Assembly (NCBI RefSeq): GCF_009914755.1
Contig: NC_060939.1
From: the human T2T-CHM13v2.0 reference genome, Homo sapiens
Length of the DNA: 64,000 bases
Strand: one strand, 5' to 3'
Below, piece by piece: positions 54,327 through 64,000 of this stretch. How positions within the stretch are numbered: position 1 is the first letter of the stretch; the number at the start of each line of letters is the position of its first letter. Made by a program: the position numbers and the translations under genes. The notes under the pieces were generated by a model, which saw only the letters and a program-made list of their open reading frames with translations, made no database searches and was not told where the DNA came from.

Positions 54327-57300
54327 ACATTGATTACTTTTTAAAACACAATTTTGTGATGCTTTTATGTCCATTGTGTGGACACCCTATCAATCAGTCA
54401 GCTAACCCCTTATGAGCGATTAACTTGCTAGTTTACAGCACTGTGGTTTGTTTACAGACCTTTTTCCCCGTTGTATTATATTTACAGCTAGCAATCCCTT
54501 ACAACATGGAAACTTTGTTCTTCAATTCTAAGAATAAAGTCTAGAAATGTTTCTTTGATAATTTTCTGTAATATATTTCTTCTGATTTTCCTTTATAGAA
54601 TTCCTACAATTCAGATGACTTCTGGAGGGAATCATTTATTTTGCATATATTTTCTCCACTGCTTTTCAGCTCTGTTTTCCTAATCATTGGGCCTATATTT
54701 TTTCAACTTTATCTTCCTTTCATTCTATTTGGACTATCTTATTTTTTTTCCAACAGTTATTTTTTTTCTGAACTTGTCTCTTGACTGCAATAATGATTAT
54801 CTCTTTAAGATCAATAATAATAATTTATTGTGTATTGTTTCCCTGTACATTCTTTCTGTTTCCTCCAAGTTCCCTTTTCTTCCTGTTGTTTTAGTTTCTG
54901 TTTTTGCGTTAATTTTTTCTTTTTAGTTCTCTAGTGACCCCCTTTCTGGTCTGCTCATAGACTGACTTGATAGCCATGTATGTGACAAGTAGATCCAAAT
55001 CATGTCATGACATAGAATACCAAAGAAGAGTTACCGGATGGTGAATGCAGAAACTGCAGTGGTGTAGTGACCCAGGTGGAGGGCTGGGGGTGATGCTCTG
55101 GTCATTGTCCATCAGGGCTTTCATGCCTATAGAGGATATACACTGTGGAGCTTAAAGGCCTCTGCACAGTCATTATACATTTACAGCAGAGTGGCCCTAG
55201 CTTCTTCATTGGTCAGTTCTTTATACCTTCCACCCAAGGACCCCAGCTTCCTGCTTTGAGCAGTGGGCCTCTTCAGGTATTCACTTTTAAGTGAAATAAG
55301 TTTTACCAAAAATTTAAAATCTGACCTAGAACATAGTCTCCTAGATGACTGAAGTATGTTTAATCGCAGGTGGGGATGTGATACTTCTATGGGGATAAAC
55401 CTAAGACTGCCTGATTGCCTGGATGCCCTAAGGTGTAATTCGTAGAGGAAAAGGTGGACAAATACTTGAGTCTTTCCCCTTTACTTACTAGTTTGAGTGA
55501 TGCTAGGGAACCAGCTCATTATTTTGCAAAAATGACCAACATATTTAAAAAATACCTTTCTAAAGGCAAGAGATAAACATATTTGATAGATTTCAATCCA
55601 TTGTGCTTATTCTTACTAAACCTTATTCTTTCTTATCTTTTGCCAGTGGGCAGAAATTAAAATTTATTTCCAAGACCTTTGGATATACTTTCAATAGTTT
55701 TTAATAGATTATTTGCAGTCTGTTATAAAAGATGCTCTAGGCTTGTCTCGTACATTTCTTGGCTCAAACATAGAATGACTAATTATTCAAAGGTCCCTGG
55801 TTTCCTTTTCTACCAAATAGTATTTAGAGACTGCTTTCCAGATCCCCTGGGGGTACTGATTGCCATTACAGTAGACATTGTTTCTAGGATTTTTCAGTGG
55901 AATGTTGTAGAAAATATATATGTTTAAGCTATAATACATCATGAGCTCACCATGATACTTTAATTCAAATTCAGGGCTACCTGATCTTACCTAACTTCAT
56001 CAATCTTATAGCTGTGCATTCTTTCTCCCATGGTTGGAGATTCCAGTTCACTGACTTTATTCTTTATTTGCTTTAATCCATAACACATGCATAACAGTCC
56101 CAGTATAACCATACCAAGAAGCAGTGATTGTTTGAATTCTGAAGTGCGCTTTGCTGTATTCTCCACAAAAAGAGAATAATTTTAAAATGTTGACTTGAAA
56201 AATAGTCATGAAAGTAGCTGAGTGAGCATTAATTAAACATCCTGCTGTGTTTTCTGCATAGTTTTAGCTCATGAATGAAGACAGTGATTTAAAATTGAAA
56301 GCAGAAGACAAAGTTAACTGACTAGATAATGAAAGGTGCAGACTTATTAAAGGCATAAGAGAATGCTTACCCAAAGGAGTTATCATTCTTTTTTTTTTTC
56401 ATTAAACCCCTTCCATTCTAGCACAGAAGGATTATTCTATTTGCTGATGGAAATATACCATCACATGGAACTCGCAGATGTAATTAGCATTTGCAGGTTT
56501 CATTGCAAAGATATTTATTATCATTATTACCTGAGTTAAGTCTCTCAATAGATGCTATTGGTCCTTGAATTCTGGAAATATTAATTTTTAGATAAATGTT
56601 GATAACTTTCTTGCTGTTAAAATTTATCTTTCATATTATCACAGCCAAGAAATAGTTGTAAATAAAAATGAAATAAAGGGAAGTGAGCTACTTCTGTAAT
56701 TTTTTTTTTTGTAAGTAGGCTATTCTTTTTCACTAATGGTGGCAGTTAGGCAGGATTCTATTGCTAAGAAGCCTCAGAGGACCCCAAACAACCATGCTTA
56801 CAAAGCCATGGTTTATTGCAGGAAAAGGGTTCAATTCAGCAGCAGTATTAAATAAAGAATATCCACGGCAGTTAAAGGCTCCCTCCGGGTCCAGCTGCGA
56901 GCTCCATTTGGCCTTATGGAAACACCTCTGCTCTGAGATCACGAACCACTGACCAGTGCACAGAACACGGTGGACCCAGGGAGCTGAGGGCGGAATGTGG
57001 TCAGGATGTTTTAGTACTCTCCTGATCACGTGGGCATTTTCCTGCCACACATCCAACCCAAACAGCAGATACTTCTGCGTTTCTCATCAATAAACAATGC
57101 TGAAAAGTTGGTACGAATCCCCCAAAACTCCTTGGATCTGTGTTTGCCATCAGTATTGCCAATGATTATGTTTCATGCCTTTACTAGGTGCTAAGACTAT
57201 GCAGGTACATTTCTTATTTCAGTCTGACAGCTCAGGCTAATTACAGGCCTGCTGGAACCAGTCCTCCCAACATACCTTTGAACTTCATATTATCTCAATA

Positions 57301-57446
57301 TATATTCTAAATCAACATTTATTTTCATTGTAATGTCCCAAAATTCTTTCATGCATTTATGAACAGAGTAAAACTTTCAAAATTTTCAATTTTCAAATCA
57401 AGGCAGTTACATATACATCTTGTAAACAGGATTTAATGGTGACTCC

Positions 57447-57892
57447 TGTCAAACGAAAACCAGAGCTAGACAATGAAGGGGTAAAGTCAGATTTTACTCA
57501 AGACACTGTTACGGTAGGAAAATGAAGCCCTCAGTGCAGAACTTGGGCTCAACTCCAGATTTAACAAGGAAAAGTGAGAATTTATATGCAAGGAACAGAG
57601 GGTGGGATCCAGTGGAGGGAAAATTACTAAGGGGAAACATCAGGGTTAAAGAGATTCTGGCTAAACCAACCTCAACCAACCTGCTGAAGGCAGGCCATGG
57701 TGGCCAGATGTCGCCCAGGGGATGGAGGAGGATAGAGAATGTCATCAGATATCAAGGGTGGTGAGTTCTGGCTAAACTGACTTAGCAGGATTCATGCTAC
57801 ACTTGGGCCCCTGGGGAACATGCCCAAAGACGGAACCTAGCTGGACTCAGAGGAGGCTGATTAAAGTTTGGTCAAAGAGAGAGTTTTTGTCA
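57447..57892 (-). mobile_element. MER31-like ERV1 solo LTR
   Basis: Ends CTCAGAGGAGGCTGATTAAAGTTTGGTCAAAGAGAGAGTTTTTGTCA, the reverse complement of the recalled MER31 5' end; TG...CA termini. Confidence 0.8.
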
Positions 57893-58197
57893 TTGTTCCT
57901 TCTTCATTTTTTCCGTAACAGTTACAATAATAGCCTTTATGATTTGACTTTTATATATTTTTTTCTCATATATGTCTTGTGTTTGTTCTATATCATTTTA
58001 TCTTGCATTCCTTAATGGCAAAAACACTAGAAACATCCACTATCTACCTATGTCATCCAAGGCAAATTGCCAGGAATAAGGAAAGATTCTAGCAAAATAA
58101 TACTAGTACTACCACTTCTACTATGACAACTACTTTTATACTAAGAAAAAGAAGGAGAAGAAAAGTGAGGAGGAAAAGAAGAAACATAGCCACCATT

Positions 58198-58603
58198 TAC
58201 TATGGTTGCAGTGTTTGTATTTCTCTAAAATTCATGTTGAGACTTAATCTCCAATGCAATAGTATTAAGAGGGGGGCCTTAAGGAGGTGATTGGGTCATG
58301 AGGACTCCTTTCTTGTGAATGGGATTAAGGTTTTCATAAAAGAGGTTTCACACAGCATTTGGCCTTTTTGCCCTTCTACCTCTTCTGCCATGTGAGGACA
58401 GACAGCATTCATGCCTTCCTCCCTGTAAGGGTGCATCAAGAGATACCATCTTGGAAGCAGAGAGCTGTCCTCACCAGACACTGAATCCACCAGCACCTTG
58501 ATCTTGGACTTCCCCACCTCCAGAACCATGAGAAATACATTTATATTATTCATACACTACCAAGTCTCAGGTATCGTGTTATATCAGTACACACAGAAAG
58601 ACA
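58198..58603 (+). mobile_element. MSTD-like MaLR solo LTR
   Basis: Perfect 5-bp TSD CCATT at 58193-58197 and 58604-58608; CTTGATCTTGGACTTCCC..CTCCAGAAC motif. Confidence 0.88.
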
Positions 58604-58608
58604 CCATT

Positions 58609-58770
58609 TAATCCTCACAACAGCCATCTGAGGTAGGTTCTATTACTGTCCTGAATTTTGGTTAAGCAAATTCAGGCAGAAGGATGTTAAACAATAGCTC
58701 AAGATCACAAAGCTAATAAGGGAAGGAAACAATTTCAACCCAGACAGTTTGGCTTTGCAGCCCAAAGCCT
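58609..58770 (-). mobile_element. MIR fragment adjoining the MST LTR
   Basis: TAATCCTCACAACAGCC.TCTGAGGTAGG..CTCAAGATCACAAAGCTA motif. Confidence 0.7.
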
Positions 58771-59344
58771 TTGTTTCTTACCTTGAACTCCCTTTTTAAA
58801 AAGAAATCTCATTTCATTGAAGTATTTTCTTTGAAACTTTATTCTTGTCTTACATATGTAAATGTCTTTCCCACCCCCTACTCTGTGAATCTGAGCACTA
58901 AATTTCAGTTTGAAGTCTTCTCCTCTGGAGCCGAACAATACTCAAAGTTTTTTAGGTGCAGATACTAGCAGACCACAGAGAAGTGAGTCCTCTCTGTGTA
59001 GCCTAAATGAGTCATATTATCCCAGCCTTCTCCCAAGACACACGCATTGGTCCTCCTATACCATTTTGGGGTAGGGTTGGGTCAAAGGGACTCCCATGAG
59101 GAGCACTTGAATTGAAACAAATAAAATATGTTTTCATATGAACTCTCTCAAAAACGTCATAGAAAATGATTGGCAGATTTCCAGGGGTGAGGTGTTCTTC
59201 AGAACAACCCATTCCCATTTCAGGGCTGCTCAGATTATTAGAAAGTTTTTCTTCATCTGCTAATACTATTTCTGACCTCTGGAATGATTCAGACTAAGCC
59301 TACTTCTTACTAGCTCTTTATCTAATGAAAAATAATTTAAATAA

Positions 59345-59590
59345 TAATGACAACAATAATAACCAATAATGCTGATAAGTGCTGCTGTGTCCTGTATATC
59401 TTTCTAAGCCCAGTGAATGTGCTTATACATTGGCTCTTCAAGAATGCCCTCTAGAGAAAGGGGCTGATATTCTGATCTTTGTTTTACAAATAAGGAAACT
59501 TAAGTGTAAAGGGGGTAAGTAACATAACATGCAGGTGTAAGACCTAGATTTGAACCCAAGCAGTCTGGCTCCCGTACTTAACCAATGTAC
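59345..59590 (-). mobile_element. MIR
   Basis: TTTTACAAATAAGGAAACT..GATTTGAACCCAAGCAGTCTGGCTCC core. Confidence 0.7.
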
Positions 59591-60491
59591 GGAACCAGAA
59601 TGATACAATGGCACATTGTCCCTCTCACGACCTCTTCTCTTAACCAGTTTCAAGGCTTCATCTTTCCAGACCATTCTTCAATGCTTTAGTTTATAGTCTA
59701 TCCATTAAGTCAGTCCATAATGTAATTCTTTAATAATAACTTATTGAGTGTCAAACATGCTGCCATGCTTGGTGGAATTCTCCAGATGACTCTAATTTGT
59801 GGTACTTCTCAAAAGTGACCATGGTTCTCCAAGGCCTGGAACAGAGAGGGAAGGGACTACTGGCAGCATGGCTTATGTGTACGTATTATATGGTACACGA
59901 GATAAGGATGATGGCATTGACTAACATGGCATTTCAACCTACTTGCTTTCCCTCCGAACAACATGTCACTCATGAATTTGGTATCCAGGCCCTCTGTTTT
60001 ATGTTACTAATTCTGATATTGCAAAAAGAACAGCACCAGGGCAGATGACTGAGACGTGCCATGGCAGCAATGTCCATTAGTGTCATTTGTGCATGTACTT
60101 AATATACAACTACTGTGCATCTGACTCGGTTCAATTTGTGAATCACCCAGTGCCTTAAGAGTTCCACTCTGAAGCTGTTTGTCTTACCATGTAGACCACA
60201 CTGGTGCAGTCTGAATAAAATTGGTAACATAAAATTTTACCAAAAGTCATAGGAAAATCTAGGGTTATGTCTCAGTCATTCTGCTGATTCACTAATGAGG
60301 ATATGAAATTTAAAAACCATACCCTTCATGCTATATTTACCCTTCATGTATTATTAGGACTTTCTGGGTTCTTCTGTTTTCTTTAGATGCTTTGGAGTCT
60401 TGGCCCAGAGAGTTTTATAATTTTGGCAAATACTGATGTCAGGTTTGATGGAATACACCAAATGTTGCAACCTAGTTTCAACCTAGTTGAC

Positions 60492-61009
60492 TGAGGGGAT
60501 CAGTACACACTGCCCCAAAATATGGCACCGTGGCCTTTGAGGGAACAACAGAAGCAGAAAGGTCACTCACAGACATTCTCCTACCATTCTTCCCTGAAGC
60601 AGGCCATAAAATAATTGTCTAATCTTCCACTATCATAAGAACCTCATCCCAGTGGTATTCTCCCTGTACCTCCCTGTACCCTGAGGAAAGGTATGAAATG
60701 TGGAGACACCAAGAAGAATCTGAACACACAGACCTTGCTAAGTTCTCCCTGTTTCCTCATTGTCAGATCACACCTCCTTTCATCCAATTACACCTCTATG
60801 CAACTGTCCACTCTTCATCAGACCCAAGCATAAACATATGCCATTTTCCCTGTTTGTTTGGGTCTTCGTTTATGAAGGCTCCACTGTAACATAAATCTTA
60901 TACTAAATACATTTGTATGTTTTTCTTGATAATCTGTCTTCTGTTATACGAGTTTCAGCCATGAACCTTACAATGGTTAAGGAAAAGATATAACTTTTTC
61001 AGTCCTACA
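60492..61009 (+). mobile_element. MER34/MER39-like ERV1 LTR
   Basis: CCCCAAAATATG, CCTGAAGCAGGCCATAAAA, AGAAGAATCTGAACA..CAGACCTTGCTAAGTT and ...CCTACA end. Confidence 0.72.
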
Positions 61010-61059
61010 TGTTTATGGTGAAATATGTCCTGTAGACGTGGTTAGTTTGGTTTGCATGA

Positions 61060-61665
61060 TGATAGTTATCTACTGCTGTGTAACAGGGGAGCACAGTGGT
61101 GTAAAGCCGCATACACTTACTGCCTCATGATTTCTGCAGGTCAGGAGTCTGAGCATGTCTTCAGTGAGTTCTTTGGTTAAGGTCTAATGAGGCTGAAGTT
61201 ATTGTGTCCTTGGGCTGTGTTGTCATCTAGAGTCTCAAATGGGGATGAATGTGCTTCACTCAGGTCATTCATAGAATTCATATTCTTGTGATTTCAGGAC
61301 TGAGGTCATTGGGTCCGTATGGAAAATCATCTGGAGGCTTATCACAGCTCCCAGCCACTGCTCTCAGCTCCCAGAGGTGCCACAGTTCCAAGAAGCCATC
61401 TCCATTTCCTTGGCACATGGGCATTCCCAGCACAGCTGCTGACTTCATTAAGGCAGCAAGGAGAGCCCCTAGAGCACATCTGCTAGCAAGGCAGAGTCCT
61501 GTGCAATGTAATGGGATCATGGGAGTGACGTTTGTCACCTTGCTGTACTTTATTGGTTGGAAGCAAGCCACAGGTCCTTGTCATACTCAAGAGGTGGGGA
61601 TTAACCGAATGTGTGAACACCAGGAGGTGGGGATCATGGAAGATTCCTTTGAGTTCGTCGGTGAC
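61060..61665 (-). mobile_element. MLT1F-like LTR
   Basis: GGTCAGGAGTCTGAGCATG, GGACTGAGGTC, ATCATGGGAGTGAC..TATTGGTTGGAAGCAAG..CACCAGGAGGTGGGGATCAT motifs. Confidence 0.75.
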
Positions 61666-63361
61666 AATAATGTTTAAACAACTGAATTCACTGCTAACAG
61701 GAAATGTCAGGAAATTTCATATTAAAACTCCACGTGTCCCCAGATCTTAGAAAGCCTGATGCCAGATCTGCTTTTACATGCCAGATCTGCTTTTATGTGA
61801 CCAGTATCAGTGTGAGCTGAGAAATAGCTGCTTGCTCTGAGCAGTTGCATTGCTACTCATCTCATCACAATCCTTTCTTGCTTATTGTATGTTGCTGTTG
61901 TTTATTGTCTTGCATGCATAGGTGCTTTTCACACATCTAGGTGCTTCAATTATTTGTGTTATCTGGCTGGCCTCTGGTGACATTTGTGTTTTTATAACTC
62001 CTGGTCTATGTGTGATGTTACTTCTTTCCTTAGGGATGCATACTCTTGTTGACTGTTCTCATTGCTTGTGGAATTCTGGCTATTGCTTTTGCCAGTGATT
62101 GTAGGGAAGGTCATGATATTTTATCTTTGGCCCCTGATAAAGTAATTAGTAATTATGGAGTGATAAAAAGTAATAAGCAATTATCAGGTCTAATTGCGTG
62201 TGGGCCTTCTGCTTGTCTATAGGCGCTCCTGGACTGGGCTCCTAGTAAGCAGGCTGCTGGCTGTCATTGCCAACCAATACTCCTTTGGCTGAGGCCAATT
62301 CTTGAAGGCCATCTTCTTGTTATCACAAGGTTGACTTACAGGAAATGTATTAAAATCTCTTAAGTTTTTTGACTGTGTCTCACATAATATAGATATTCAC
62401 CTGGGTCAAAGGCAGCCTGAGATTATAGCTCCATTGTCATAAAAATGTCAGCTAATCTCCCCAGTTGTTAATATCTCAGTACTCTTGGGAGACTTTGCTC
62501 ATTTTAAAAATCAATTTTTGCTCAAGCGTATGCCAAACTTAGTTGACCTTAAAATAACAAAGTAAGTAATCTGAGGTCATCCACAGCCTGGCATTCAGAG
62601 AGTCTGCTGCCTTGGGGAAGGAATGCCATTCAATTTTTGGATTCCATTTTCACTTCGTTTATTATCTCTAGCTAGCAAAATTCTTTTAGACAATGAGAGG
62701 GTGGCATTCTTACAGAGTAGCTTATGGGTCTGGTGCACTGCACACGTCAGCCCCATGATGGGAACCAGGTAAGGAATCAAATGTCTGGTTATTCTGGAAG
62801 CTGGTTAATTTTCTCACCAACAGAATGGAGTTTGTGTCTGGGGTCAGTCTTTGAAGCTGAACTGAGATGTTCACGGTTGCTGTAAGGTAGATGTTCACAG
62901 GCTCCAGATGCCTTTGCCCTTGGAGAGTGCTCACATTCGTACCTAACAGCTTCAGAGATGAGAGCCTTAAAGAGGGGCTCAACTTCCCTTCGGCGATACC
63001 ACCCTGGTTCCATCATGTCTAATTTCCCTTTGAGCAGATGGCACCTAAGTTATTCAGTCAATAGCTATATGCATAACTACATAGTGACTCTGGGTTGTGC
63101 AGCTAATGTGACTAACAGTGACTGTGTAGAGGCTGTGCCTGGGGCTGTTCAGCCAGCCACCACCACAGTGATGCTGTGCACCCCTCTAAATGCTGTGCCA
63201 CCTACTGTTCCAAGCTCTTTACATACTTAGAAAGGATATGTAATTTGCCCAAGGTCATAACGCTAGAAAATAGTTGAGCCAGTGTATGAACTCAGGCAGT
63301 GTGTTTCCACCACAATATTATACATAACCTTAAAAGGTTGAGTCTATAAGATCTGTTTGGC

Positions 63362-63852
63362 TAATAAAAAAGAGTGAGATTCTGTTTTTTTGCAACAACA
63401 TGGATGGAACTGGAGATCATTATGTTAAGTGAAATAAGCCAGGCACAGAAAGACAAACACCACATGTTCTTACTTATCTGTGGGATCTAAACATCAAAAC
63501 AGTGGAACTCATGAAGATAGTAGAAGGATGGTTACCAGAGGCTGGGAAGGGTAGTGGAGATGGAGCGGGGAAGTGGGAATGGCTAATGGATACAAAAAAT
63601 AGAAAGAATGAATAAGACCTAATATTTGATAGCACAAGAGGGTAACTTTAGTCAAAATAATTGTACATTTTAAAATAACTAAAAGAGTGTAATTGGATTG
63701 TTTGTAACACAGAAGATGAAGCCTTGAGGGGATGGATACCCCGTTCTCCATGATGTGATTATTATACATTGCATGCCTGTATCAAAACATCTCATGTACC
63801 CCATAAATATATACACCTACTGTGTACCCACAAAAATTAAGAATGAAAAAAT
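63362..63852 (+). mobile_element. L1MA (MA2/3-like) 3' end, 5'-truncated
   Basis: GCAACAACATGGATGGAACTGGAG..AAGTGAAATAAGCCAGGCACAGAAAGAC; TSD AAGATCTGTT(T)GGC at 63348-63361 and 63859-63871. Confidence 0.92.
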
Positions 63853-64000
63853 GTTTTAAAGATCTGTTGGCCAAATAATATAGATACTAACATTTATGTG
63901 CTCAACACTGTACTGTTGTATATGCAGTGTGCCATGGGATTATCAGACCAACCCTGTGATAGAAGCTATTATTATCTTCTTTGACAGTTGAAGAAAGTGA

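Noticed and set aside
61759-61795. Short tandem duplications (19-bp period here; 10-bp units near 60468 and 60661)
   Set aside because: Ordinary slippage duplications with no further structure.

Overview
Primate (probably human) non-coding genomic DNA, rich in interspersed repeats. It carries 9 dimeric Alus plus a FLAM, many MaLR/ERV solo LTRs (MSTA/B/D, THE1, MLT1, MLT2, LTR41-, MER31- and MER34/39-like), ancient fragmented L1s dominating ~31-56 kb, MIR/L2 remnants and the DNA transposons MER20, MER30 and MER47A. No credible protein-coding gene, RNA gene or CRISPR array is visible. The ORF track is explained by Alu/L1 read-through, low-complexity DNA and chance. I cannot assign the locus, and repeat subfamily calls are from recalled consensus features rather than a search. 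The structures not explained by repeat consensus are: (1) a perfect 27-bp-stem hairpin at 16035-16101, made of a 45-bp copy of sequence 728 bp upstream plus a snap-back arm; (2) a second templated-looking patchwork at 45298-45395; (3) a TG-rich/Z-DNA tract, a 4x GC dodecamer (G4, EGR1/SP1 sites) and a CpG-retaining MSTA LTR clustered at 29.2-30.4 kb; (4) a near-consensus CTCF site at 1347-1365. I found no evidence for a new multi-gene system.
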